Shown here: piece by piece, positions 43,623 to 51,877 of the stretch
Position numbering within the stretch: position 1 is the first letter of the stretch
How the letters are laid out: each line of letters opens with the position of its first letter
Program-made: the position numbers and the translations under genes
The notes under the pieces: generated by a model
What the model was told of the DNA's origin: nothing
The model's database searches: none
Seen by the model: the letters and a program-made list of their open reading frames with translations, nothing else
DNA from: Minisyncoccota bacterium
Lineage (GTDB): Bacteria > Patescibacteriota > Minisyncoccia > UBA6257 > 2-01-FULL-56-20
Length of the DNA: 63,944 bases
Assembly: GCA_036510525.1 (NCBI GenBank)
Contig: DATCDU010000021.1
Location: 1-63,944, forward strand
Direction of reading: 5' to 3'

Positions 43623-44494
43623 ATATGGATAAAAAGAGTCGGGAGGCGATGAGTTCGGGCATGGAGGACAGCGCTGATGAGGCGGGACAATCCCTAGAAC
43701 AGCCAGAGGCAAGCTTGGAAAATCGAGAGGAACTAATTGAAAATGCTCCGGAAAAATCTCCTGAAGCGGAGATCGATGAAACGGTGGGCGAAATAGATCA
43801 CGTCGATCAAGAAATTTTTGCCGCCCAAAAATCTATTGCCGAAACAGAAGCAAAACTAGCCGAATTAAGGGAAAGCATGGGTATGCCACCCAATAGTGAG
43901 AGTTCTCCGACTGCGAGTTTTCAGAATGAAAAGATCAAACAGCTCGAAAAGCGTAAGGAAGAATTGGGGGAGGAAAAAAAGAACTGGATAGAACAGCACG
44001 GGCGCGAAAATCTCCCGGATGGCATCGCGCTCGACGATGAAGAAGGTGGCCGAGAGGCCAAAGGCGGCTCACTCGAAAAAGAGGAAGATCAGGAAGCGGA
44101 TAAGAAGGAGAAAAAAGAAGATCTTGAACTCCGCAAGAAATGGATCGAGCAGTTGAAGCAAGATTCAGTGAAGCATTTTGAGGACGCAATGCGGCAAGAT
44201 TGGCGAACGAAGGACGCAATGAATCTCGATCTCACGATCGAACTTATGAAGCTCCGTGTGCCAAAAGCAATCGATAAGGAAGCGGAAGATTTTATCAATG
44301 GCGTCGTCGATGAACCGCCATTTTCCACCGTCTGGATAAAATGGCAGACCTCATCGTCGCTGGATAGAATTATTAATAAGCCGAATTGGATCGGTAAATT
44401 AGAGATCACCTTTGACGATGAAGCTCAAAAAATTGCCGAGGAGGGTGAGTTGAAGAAAGAAGAGGAACAGGACGCTACGAAAGCGGTTCGCTAG
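43619..44494 (+). CDS. acidic coiled-coil hypothetical protein
   Basis: 291 aa, Glu/Lys-rich. ATGA overlap with lysS. More AT-rich than the flanks. Confidence 0.55.
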   Translation: MNMDKKSREAMSSGMEDSADEAGQSLEQPEASLENREELIENAPEKSPEAEIDETVGEIDHVDQEIFAAQKSIAETEAKLAELRESMGMPPNSESSPTASFQNEKIKQLEKRKEELGEEKKNWIEQHGRENLPDGIALDDEEGGREAKGGSLEKEEDQEADKKEKKEDLELRKKWIEQLKQDSVKHFEDAMRQDWRTKDAMNLDLTIELMKLRVPKAIDKEAEDFINGVVDEPPFSTVWIKWQTSSSLDRIINKPNWIGKLEITFDDEAQKIAEEGELKKEEEQDATKAVR

Positions 44495-44509
44495 AATAGC
44501 GATCGGGTT

Positions 44510-47500
44510 CTATTCCAGCTTCTTTGCGTTCTCGCAGAGTAGCTTCGTCTCGCCGTCGCGGTGCGATACGCGGCCGTCCACGATGACGCAGGCGTTCTCC
44601 ACCCACGCGGCTGAGGTCTTTTCGAGCACGCTATTGAAGACAACGACCTCGATGGACTGGCCGGAGGCGTTGTCTTCGATGGTGGCGAAGATCATCGGCT
44701 GGCCGCTCTTCGTGAATATCTTTTTTACTTTTGAAACGAGGCCGGCGGTGCGGACGATCTTCTTCTCGTCCGTCATCGCGGCGACTTCGCTGATCGGTTT
44801 GCACTTGTAATGTTCGATCATCGGGGCGAAGTTCGTCATCGGGTGCGCGGAGATGAAGAATCCGATCAGCTCTTTTTCCCAGATCAATTTCTCGCCGCTC
44901 GTCGCGGGCGCCGCAGGCTTGAGCTTGAGCGTGATCGTCGGCGCGCTCATGGAAGAGCCAAAGAGCGAATTGGCCTGATTCGCACCGCCGCGCTTGAGCG
45001 CGTTCACGAAGCGTAAGATCTCTTCCATGTTCTCCAGGATCTGTTTGCGCTCTACGTTCAGCGAGTCGAACGCACCGCTTTTTGCGAGCGATTCAAGTGA
45101 TTTCTTGTTGAGATCTTTGTGCTGGATGCGGCTCAGAAAATTGTCGAATGTTTCGAACGGGCCGCCGCGGGCGCGTTCCTCTATTATTGCGCGGGCGATC
45201 TCGGAGCCCACGTTTTTGATGGCGAGCAGGCCGAAGCGGATGCGCGGTCCCTCTGGCGTGAAGTTAATGAAGCTGCGATTCACGTCCGGTGGCAGGATCT
45301 CTACGCCCGCGGTCTTTGCCTCCTGGATGAGGAAGGAGATCCGCTCGATGTCGTTCATTTCGGCATTCAAAACTGCGGCGGTAAATTCTTCCGGATAGTT
45401 TGCTTTCAAATACGCCGTGCGGTATCCGATCATCGCGTAACAGGCCGAATGGGCGCGGTTGAACCCATAACGGGCGAACGGCTCGATGAGCTCCCAGGCC
45501 TGATCGGCCACCTTCCTAGGAATCGCGTTATTGATGCAGCCATTGATAAACTTTTCTTTTTGCTCGTCGAGCAACGATTTGATCTTCTTTCCCACAGCCT
45601 TCACCAGAAGATAACCTTCTCCACGCGTGAGTCCGGCGAGCTTCGTCGCAAGGTCCATCACCTGTTCCTGATAGACGATGACGCCATAGGTATTTTTGAG
45701 CGTCTCTTCCATGAGCGGGTGGATGTAGTGGACGGCCTCTTTTTCCTGCTTGCGGGCAATATATGTGGGAATAAGTTCCATCGGTCCGGGCCGGAAGAGC
45801 GCGACGAGCGCGATCAGGTCATCCACCTGCGTGGGTTTGATCTCTTTCATATAGCGGCGCATACCGCTTGACTCGAACTGGAAGATCGAGGTCGTATCGC
45901 CACGCTGCAGCAGCTCGAACGTTTTCTTGTCGTCAAGCGGGATGTGCGAAATGTCGATCACCGTGCCGTGAAGCTCTTTGATGAGATTGATGGTGCTCTC
46001 GATGATGGTCAAATTTTTCAATCCCAGGAAGTCGATCTTAAGTAGGCCGAGGTCTTCGACGGCGTGCATCTCGAACTGAGTGATGATGATGGTCTCTTCG
46101 CCCGGCGCGAACTGGAGCGGCACGCGCTCCATCAACGGATCTTTCGCGATCACCGTGGCGCACGCGTGCACCGACGCGTGCCGCGCGACGCCTTCCAGAT
46201 GCCGCGCCGTATCGATCAATTTCTTTGCCTCGGGATTGGTATCGTATAACTGTTTTAGCTCCTGCACTTTTTTAAGACATTCATCGAGCCACCCCTCTTT
46301 CATGCCCTGCGTGGGATTGAAGGGGATGAGCTTTGCGATCTGGTCGCAAAACGCGTATGAGTATCCCATCGCGCGGCCGGCGTCGCGGATCGCGGCGCGC
46401 GCGGCCATGGTTCCGAACGTGATGATGCGTGCTACATGATCCTCACCATACTTTTGGCGCGCGTAAGCAAGCACTTCGTCGCGACGGGTGTCCGCGAAAT
46501 CGATATCGATATCAGGCATCTGAATACGCTCGGGGTTCAAAAATCGCTCAAAGAGCAATCCGTACTTGAGCGGGTCAATGTCCGTGATGTCGAGCACGTA
46601 GGAAACCAGGCTTCCCGCGGCCGAGCCGCGGCCGGGACCAACGGCGATCCCGTGCGCCTTCGCCCAATAGATAAGGTCCTGCACGATCAGGAAGTAATCG
46701 GCGAAGCCGGTCTTCTCGATGACGCCGAGTTCATATTCCAGCCGCTCGCGCAGCTCCGCGGTCTGATTTTCTTTTGGAAATTTATTGGGCAGCCGCTCTT
46801 CTATAAGCTCGCGTAGATAGCCGTTTGCGGTCTTGCCTGCCGGCTTTGGAAAGTCGGGGAGCAGGGTATGTCCAAGATCGAGTTCCACATTGCATCGCTC
46901 TGCGATCTCGTGTGTTCGCGCCAGTGCTTCGGCGCCGCCCTCGACGCTCGCAAACTTTTCCGCCATCGCCTCCGGTGAGAGGATGGAGAAATCATCCGAC
47001 TTCATGGACATCCGGTCGTCGTCGGTCAGTTTGTTTCCAGTCTGCACTGCCAGCAACACATCGTGATACTCAGCGTCCTCGGAGTGTGTGTAATGGCTGT
47101 CCTGTGTGGCGACGAGTGGGATGCCGGTCTCCTTCGAGAGCTTTACTAACAGCGGTTCCAAATTCTCCGATTCGGGGATGTTCGGATGTTTTTGGATCTC
47201 CAAAAAATAATTTCCTTTGCCAAAAATATCCTGATGCTCGAGCGCGATTCGTTTGGCCTCCTCGTATTGGCCTGCGGCAAGCGTCCGCGCCACCTCGCCG
47301 CCGAGGCATGCCGAGAGGGCGATGAGACCTTCGTGTTGCTCGCGAAGAAGGTCCTTATCCATGCGCGGTTTGTAATAGAACCCTTCAAGATGGGCTTTGG
47401 AAACGAGTGTGATGAGATTTTCCCAGCCCTTCTGATTCTCAACGAGCAGGATCAGGTGGTAATATCGCTCGCCATTCTCTTTTGAGAACCGGTCGCGCGG

Positions 47501-47716
47501 TGCGATGTATGCTTCCACGCCGAGTATCGGTTTGATGCCGTGCTTCTTTGCCAGTTTATAAAATTCGACGGCTCCGTAGAGGACGCCGTGATCGGTGAGT
47601 GCGATGGAATCCATCCCTGTTTCCTTGGCGCGTGCCACCATCTGAGGGATCTTGGTGAGCCCGTCGAGCAGGGAATAGTGCGAATGCGTATGTAAATGGG
47701 TAAATTTTGTTTCCAT
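44510..47716 (-). CDS. dnaE: DNA polymerase III alpha subunit
   Basis: PHP domain HLHTHSHYSLLDG. 1068 aa. Confidence 0.96.
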   Translation of the reverse strand: METKFTHLHTHSHYSLLDGLTKIPQMVARAKETGMDSIALTDHGVLYGAVEFYKLAKKHGIKPILGVEAYIAPRDRFSKENGERYYHLILLVENQKGWENLITLVSKAHLEGFYYKPRMDKDLLREQHEGLIALSACLGGEVARTLAAGQYEEAKRIALEHQDIFGKGNYFLEIQKHPNIPESENLEPLLVKLSKETGIPLVATQDSHYTHSEDAEYHDVLLAVQTGNKLTDDDRMSMKSDDFSILSPEAMAEKFASVEGGAEALARTHEIAERCNVELDLGHTLLPDFPKPAGKTANGYLRELIEERLPNKFPKENQTAELRERLEYELGVIEKTGFADYFLIVQDLIYWAKAHGIAVGPGRGSAAGSLVSYVLDITDIDPLKYGLLFERFLNPERIQMPDIDIDFADTRRDEVLAYARQKYGEDHVARIITFGTMAARAAIRDAGRAMGYSYAFCDQIAKLIPFNPTQGMKEGWLDECLKKVQELKQLYDTNPEAKKLIDTARHLEGVARHASVHACATVIAKDPLMERVPLQFAPGEETIIITQFEMHAVEDLGLLKIDFLGLKNLTIIESTINLIKELHGTVIDISHIPLDDKKTFELLQRGDTTSIFQFESSGMRRYMKEIKPTQVDDLIALVALFRPGPMELIPTYIARKQEKEAVHYIHPLMEETLKNTYGVIVYQEQVMDLATKLAGLTRGEGYLLVKAVGKKIKSLLDEQKEKFINGCINNAIPRKVADQAWELIEPFARYGFNRAHSACYAMIGYRTAYLKANYPEEFTAAVLNAEMNDIERISFLIQEAKTAGVEILPPDVNRSFINFTPEGPRIRFGLLAIKNVGSEIARAIIEERARGGPFETFDNFLSRIQHKDLNKKSLESLAKSGAFDSLNVERKQILENMEEILRFVNALKRGGANQANSLFGSSMSAPTITLKLKPAAPATSGEKLIWEKELIGFFISAHPMTNFAPMIEHYKCKPISEVAAMTDEKKIVRTAGLVSKVKKIFTKSGQPMIFATIEDNASGQSIEVVVFNSVLEKTSAAWVENACVIVDGRVSHRDGETKLLCENAKKLE

Positions 47717-47825
47717 TGTTCTTGTGTTAGCCCCCGCAAGCGAGGATGCAGAACATTAAATTTCTATTAAAACTTCCCCTCTATTTTACTAAAAAAAGGT
47801 TAAATAATACAGCTCCGCCAGCCAC

Positions 47826-47854
47826 TTGACAATTTAAAATTATTCTGTTAGTAT
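47826..47854 (+). promoter_or_regulatory. sigma70-like promoter (TTGACA-17-TAGTAT)
   Basis: Lies about 160 nt upstream of tRNA-Thr. Confidence 0.55.
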
Positions 47855-47860
47855 TCTCGA

Positions 47861-47984
47861 GTCCACTTGTGATGTCGGCCGCTTACTTGCCTTGCTGGCT
47901 TCGGTAAGCCTGCCGCCACATGGATCGCTCCGCCAAGGTGCATTGAGGTGTTTTCACCCTCTGCACCTGGCGGTAAATTTTTTA
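47861..47984 (+). ncRNA. candidate ~120-nt small RNA or structured tRNA leader
   Basis: No ORF. 5' hairpin GCTTAC..GTAAGC. A long 3' hairpin CCGCCAAGGTGCA...TGCACCTGGCGG is followed by TAAATTTTTTA. Confidence 0.35.
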
Positions 47985-48011
47985 TTTGGGTATATTGAAT
48001 ACGCGCACATC

Positions 48012-48084
48012 GCCACCTTAGCTCAGCTGGTAGAGCAACGCTTTTGTAAAGCGAAGGTCCCCGGTCCGAGTCCGGGAGGTGGCT
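48012..48084 (+). tRNA. tRNA-Thr (anticodon UGU), T-loop TCCGAGT
   Basis: Manual cloverleaf: GCCACCT/AGGTGGC, anticodon loop TTTGTAA. Position 55 is C. Confidence 0.85.
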
Positions 48085-48103
48085 CAAATGATATACTAAA
48101 AAA

Positions 48104-48517
48104 ATGATCCTCCAAGTTGGTGTTAAGATATTCCTCAAGAATCCAGAGGGGAAATATCTTTTCGTCCGTCGCTCGCCGGAAAAGTATCCAGGCGTGAAGG
48201 GCGAGTGGGATATTCCCGGTGGGCGCATCAATCCGGGATCATTATTGATCGAGAATCTGCGTCGTGAGGTAAAGGAAGAAACCCAGCTTGAGATAACTTC
48301 TGAGCCGAGATTGATCCATGCGCAGGACATCATTCCAAACGAAGAAAGACATATTGTACGGCTTTCATATATCGGAGAGACGAACGGTGAACCGATCCTC
48401 GATACTTCTGAAAATATAGAGTACCGTTGGCTTTCACTCGAAGAAATAAAGCGTCAGGAAAATATCGATATCTATGTTAAGGAGATCGTCGATAAAGACT
48501 ATTTGAATCGCCGGTAA
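48104..48517 (+). CDS. NUDIX hydrolase
   Basis: Nudix box GGRINPGSLLIENLRREVKEETQL. Confidence 0.85.
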   Translation: MILQVGVKIFLKNPEGKYLFVRRSPEKYPGVKGEWDIPGGRINPGSLLIENLRREVKEETQLEITSEPRLIHAQDIIPNEERHIVRLSYIGETNGEPILDTSENIEYRWLSLEEIKRQENIDIYVKEIVDKDYLNRR

Positions 48518-48540
48518 TTTTAGGGTATATTGGAGCGGAC

Positions 48541-48613
48541 GCCGTTGTAGCTCAGCTGGTAGAGCAACTCCATGGTAAGGAGTAGGTCGCCGGTTCAATT
48601 CCGGCCAACGGCT
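48541..48613 (+). tRNA. tRNA-Thr (anticodon GGU)
   Basis: GCCGTTG/CAACGGC, anticodon loop ATGGTAA, T-loop TTCAATT. Confidence 0.9.
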
Positions 48614-48625
48614 CAGATAAAGAAC

Positions 48626-48667
48626 ATAATCCCCACGTTACGATCGTAACGCGGGGATTATATTTAG
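48626..48667 (+). terminator. long palindromic hairpin terminator
   Basis: ATAATCCCCACGTTACG-AT-CGTAACGCGGGGATTAT followed by ATTT. Confidence 0.7.
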
Positions 48668-48901
48668 TGATGGAGAAGGGGCAAAATCGCGTTAAGCACT
48701 GCTGCAACAAGCGATAGCCAGAAAAAGAGTGCGCTCATTGATCGGTGTAATAGTTTAATTTATTCGGTAAAATCACGACCTTTGATCTGTTGATTTGGAT
48801 GGAGTGTATCAAAAGGCCGATTAAAACTATTTTAAAAACCTAAACAAAGCTCATCCTCGGCCGCTATGCGGGAGGCGTATTTTGCGGTATAATATAAATC
48901 C

Positions 48902-50704
48902 ATGCCTGAAGAAACTCCAAAACCAAAAGTTAAAGTGGGGAATGTATTCCGTGAATATGTCTGCGAAGCGGCCCGATTTCCGTGGCTTCTTTCGACTGCG
49001 TTCTTCGCCGCGATCCTATCGCAGGCCGCGAGCCTTGTTTCGCCGCTCTATATGCGTCAGCTGTTCAATATCATCGCGGCGGGGCATCCGTCGTCGGGCA
49101 CGGAGACCCAGCTGGTTGGACTCGTCATCGTGATCGCCGGGATATCCGTCGCGGGGTGGGTGTTCCAACGCACACAGACTTACAGCATCGTCTATCTTGA
49201 GGCAAACGCGATGGCGGATCTCTATCGCCATGCATTCGAATACCTCATCAAGCATTCCTATCAATTCTTCGTCTCGCGTTTTACGGGGACGCTGACGCGA
49301 CGCGTGGGCAGATTCGCGGCGTCGTTTGAGACGATCCTCGATTCCGTCATTCTGAACTTCTTCCCGACGATCTTCTTTGCCGTCGGTGCCGTCGGTGTGC
49401 TTTTCTTCCGCAACCACATTCTTGGCGAGGCGCTCGCGGGCTGGGTCATTGTGTTCGTATTGTTCCAGGTCTTCGTGGCGCGCCTGCGGCAGCCGCTACG
49501 CACTGCCCGCGCAGAAGCGGACAGCAAAGTGTCGGGAACGCTCTCGGACGCGGTGGCGAACCAGAACACGATCGCGCTTTTTTCGGGAACCGAACACGAG
49601 GCCGGAATTTTCGGTTCTGTCGTGGAGGCGTGGCGCAAAGCGACCACGAGATCGTGGACAGCGGATGAATATATTTGGTCCATACAGGGATTCCTGATGG
49701 TCGTCATTAACATCGGTCTGCTGTATGGCGCCGTCATCTATTGGCAGAAAGGCTTACTCACTGTCGGCGACTTTGTGCTCATCCAGAGCTATCTTCTCGG
49801 GCTTTTCGGTCAGCTGATGGGGATCAACTACACCATCCGGCGATTCTATGACGCGTATGCCGACGCGGTCGAAATGGTGGAGATCCTCGACATGCCGCAC
49901 GAGGTGCAGGATGTTCCGAACGCCCTCGCGCTCGATGTTAAAAAAGGAGAGATCGCGTTCAAGAACGTCGAGTTCTATTTCCAAAAGGATCGTCCGGTCC
50001 TGGATGATTTTAGTATCGTCATCCCGAGCCATCAGAAGCTCGCGCTCGTCGGGCCCTCCGGTGCCGGCAAGACGACGGTCACAAAGCTTTTGTTGCGCCT
50101 CTACGACGTGATGGGCGGCGCGATCGAGATCGATGGGCAGAATATCGCAAAAGTGACGCAGGACAGTCTTCGCTCGGCGGTCGCCTTCGTGCCGCAGGAG
50201 CCGATCCTTTTCCACCGCACGCTTTTGGAGAATATCCGTTATGGCAAGCGTGATGCGACGAAGGAAGAGGTCATAGAGGCGGCCAAGAAGGCGCATTGCC
50301 ACGAGTTCATAGATGCTCTGCCTGAAAAGTACGACACGTACGTCGGCGAGCGGGGGGTGAAGCTCTCGGGCGGTGAACGCCAGCGCGTCGCGATCGCCCG
50401 CGCGATCCTTAAAAACGCGCCCATCCTCGTCCTCGACGAGGCGACCTCCAGTCTTGATTCCGAATCTGAATCGCTTATTCAGGACGCATTGAACACGCTT
50501 ATGCAAGGAAAGACGGTCATCGTCATCGCCCACCGCCTTTCGACGATCATGCGTATGGACCGCATCATCGTGATCGAGAACGGGAAGGTTCTTGCGGAGG
50601 GCACGCACGATGAACTTCTCAAGCAAGGTGGTCTCTATAATAAGTTGTGGAGCATCCAGGCCGGCGGGTTCCGCGACGACCTTGCGAAAAAGCCCGGCGT
50701 ATAG
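48902..50704 (+). CDS. ABC transporter, fused permease/ATPase (MsbA-like exporter)
   Basis: 6-TM domain, Walker A GPSGAGKTT, signature LSGGERQR, Walker B ILVLDEATS. TATAAT lies 9 nt upstream of the ATG. Confidence 0.9.
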   Translation: MPEETPKPKVKVGNVFREYVCEAARFPWLLSTAFFAAILSQAASLVSPLYMRQLFNIIAAGHPSSGTETQLVGLVIVIAGISVAGWVFQRTQTYSIVYLEANAMADLYRHAFEYLIKHSYQFFVSRFTGTLTRRVGRFAASFETILDSVILNFFPTIFFAVGAVGVLFFRNHILGEALAGWVIVFVLFQVFVARLRQPLRTARAEADSKVSGTLSDAVANQNTIALFSGTEHEAGIFGSVVEAWRKATTRSWTADEYIWSIQGFLMVVINIGLLYGAVIYWQKGLLTVGDFVLIQSYLLGLFGQLMGINYTIRRFYDAYADAVEMVEILDMPHEVQDVPNALALDVKKGEIAFKNVEFYFQKDRPVLDDFSIVIPSHQKLALVGPSGAGKTTVTKLLLRLYDVMGGAIEIDGQNIAKVTQDSLRSAVAFVPQEPILFHRTLLENIRYGKRDATKEEVIEAAKKAHCHEFIDALPEKYDTYVGERGVKLSGGERQRVAIARAILKNAPILVLDEATSSLDSESESLIQDALNTLMQGKTVIVIAHRLSTIMRMDRIIVIENGKVLAEGTHDELLKQGGLYNKLWSIQAGGFRDDLAKKPGV

Positions 50705-50717
50705 TATCATCTTTCCC

Positions 50718-50897
50718 ATGGCCAAAGTTAAGCACGCCGACCGGTTGATCACGATGCGCTGCACCGTCTGCAAGCGCCGTAATTATTACACCAATAAAAA
50801 CAAGAAGTTGGTGGAGCGGAAGATCGAGCTCCAGAAGTTCTGCGACTGGTGCCGCGTGAAAACGCTGCACAAAGAGGCAAGGATCACGGGGAAGTAA
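50718..50897 (+). CDS. rpmG: 50S ribosomal protein L33 (zinc-binding form)
   Basis: MRCTVCKRRNYYTNKNKK...CDWCRVKTLHKE. Start at the ATG at 50718. Confidence 0.9.
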   Translation: MAKVKHADRLITMRCTVCKRRNYYTNKNKKLVERKIELQKFCDWCRVKTLHKEARITGK

Positions 50898-50908
50898 ACT
50901 GATCACAG

Positions 50909-50946
50909 AAAATGCGCTTGCCTCTTATAGGGCAGGCGCATTTTTG
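50909..50946 (+). terminator. intrinsic terminator
   Basis: TGCGCTTGCC, an 8-nt loop, GGCAGGCGCA, then TTTTT. Confidence 0.88.
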
Positions 50947-50974
50947 AAATCTGTATTAAAATGTAAAGGAGAAA

Positions 50975-51045
50975 GGGGGCTTAGTTAAACGGTATAATGA
51001 TCGTCTCCAAAACGATCGTCGAAGGTCCGACTCCTTCAGCCCCCG
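50975..51045 (+). tRNA. tRNA-Trp (anticodon CCA), T-loop TCCGACT
   Basis: GGGGGCT/AGCCCCC, anticodon arm ATCGT-CTCCAAA-ACGAT. Position 55 is C. Confidence 0.85.
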
Positions 51046-51090
51046 CAAATAGTTGCAAATCCCGTCTTTTTTGCTACAATAATATCCGAT

Positions 51091-51654
51091 ATGGCACTCG
51101 CATATACCGACTTAACCAAAGGAGTTCTGTTCATCATGGACGGCGCACCGTACGAGGTGATCGAGACCCATTTTTTGCGCATGCAGCAGCGCAAGGCCGT
51201 CGTGCAGACCCGCATTCGCAACCTCATCACAGGCAAGCTTTTGGATCGCAACTTCCAGGCGAGCGATTCTTTTGAAGAGGCGGAGATCGAGCGCAAGCAC
51301 GCGATGTTCATTTACGAGAGCAAGGGGCAGTATTGGTTCCATGAGGAGAACAACCCGAAAGCGCGCTTTGAACTCGAGGCGGACGTGGCCGGCGAGCAGG
51401 CGCAGTTCCTGAAACCGAACACGCGCGTGCAGACGATGGTGTTCAAGGATAAAGTGATCAAGATCGAGATCCCGGTCAAGATGGATTTCAAAGTGGTGGA
51501 AGCGCCCCCGTCGGTCAAAGGAAACACCGCGCAAGGAGGCAACAAAGTGGTGACGATCGAAGGAGGCGCAAAGGTCTCCGCACCGCTCTTCATCAACGAG
51601 GGCGATATGATCCGGGTGAACACGCAGACCGGAGATTACGTGGAGCGGGTGTAG
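51091..51654 (+). CDS. efp: elongation factor P
   Basis: 187 aa with three-domain EF-P pattern. Promoter-like TTGCAA-17-TACAAT at about 51052-51082. Confidence 0.9.
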   Translation: MALAYTDLTKGVLFIMDGAPYEVIETHFLRMQQRKAVVQTRIRNLITGKLLDRNFQASDSFEEAEIERKHAMFIYESKGQYWFHEENNPKARFELEADVAGEQAQFLKPNTRVQTMVFKDKVIKIEIPVKMDFKVVEAPPSVKGNTAQGGNKVVTIEGGAKVSAPLFINEGDMIRVNTQTGDYVERV

Positions 51655-51656
51655 CA

Positions 51657-51690
51657 ATAAAAAATCGGCCGAACGTAGTGCGTTGGGCCG
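51657..51690 (-). terminator. hairpin with T-tract on the minus strand
   Basis: CGGCCGAACG-TAGTG-CGTTGGGCCG preceded by AAAAAA on the plus strand, which is the T-tract for minus-strand transcription. Confidence 0.65.
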
Positions 51691-51711
51691 AAGACCGGGC
51701 AGGATAACTGA

Positions 51712-51837
51712 TCATTTCAAGGACATGGTGCCGATTGCACCAATGTATGCAAGAACCCCTATGCCCATGCAAGCACATACCCATTCTACAACGATGCGAG
51801 CTGCCTGAAACAATGGCTCCAGGAGAGACGCTTCCAT
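51712..51837 (-). CDS. 41-aa hydrophobic peptide (below the ORF-track size cut-off)
   Basis: GGAGG 6 nt upstream of the ATG. MEASLLEPLFQAARIVVEWVCACMGIGVLAYIGAIGTMSLK, then a terminator about 20 nt downstream. Confidence 0.45.
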   Translation of the reverse strand: MEASLLEPLFQAARIVVEWVCACMGIGVLAYIGAIGTMSLK

Positions 51838-51877
51838 AAGGAACCTCCACCCAAAGATAGTAGAGTATCTTATAAAC

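Noticed and set aside
45119-45871. 250-aa plus-strand ORF, along with other plus-strand ORFs between 44583 and 47485
   Set aside because: All of them are antisense to dnaE.
47861-47984. Identification as SRP (4.5S) RNA, 6S RNA or RNase P RNA
   Set aside because: I could not find the SRP domain-IV GGAA/AGCA symmetric-loop motifs. The length and shape do not fit 6S or RNase P RNA. It is kept only as an unclassified candidate.
47848-48333. ORFs 47848-48333 (minus) and 47892-48107 (plus)
   Set aside because: They overlap tRNA-Thr(UGU), the promoter/sRNA-like region and the NUDIX gene. Their translations are not protein-like.
48664-48738. 24-aa hydrophobic minus-strand mini-ORF (MSALFFWLSLVAAVLNAILPLLHH)
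   Set aside because: It has no SD, promoter or terminator signals. It is too short to support from sequence alone.
49754-50773. 339-aa minus-strand ORF
   Set aside because: It is antisense to the ABC transporter and rpmG, with shadow composition.
50997-51275. 92-aa plus-strand ORF
   Set aside because: It starts inside tRNA-Trp and overlaps efp out of frame.
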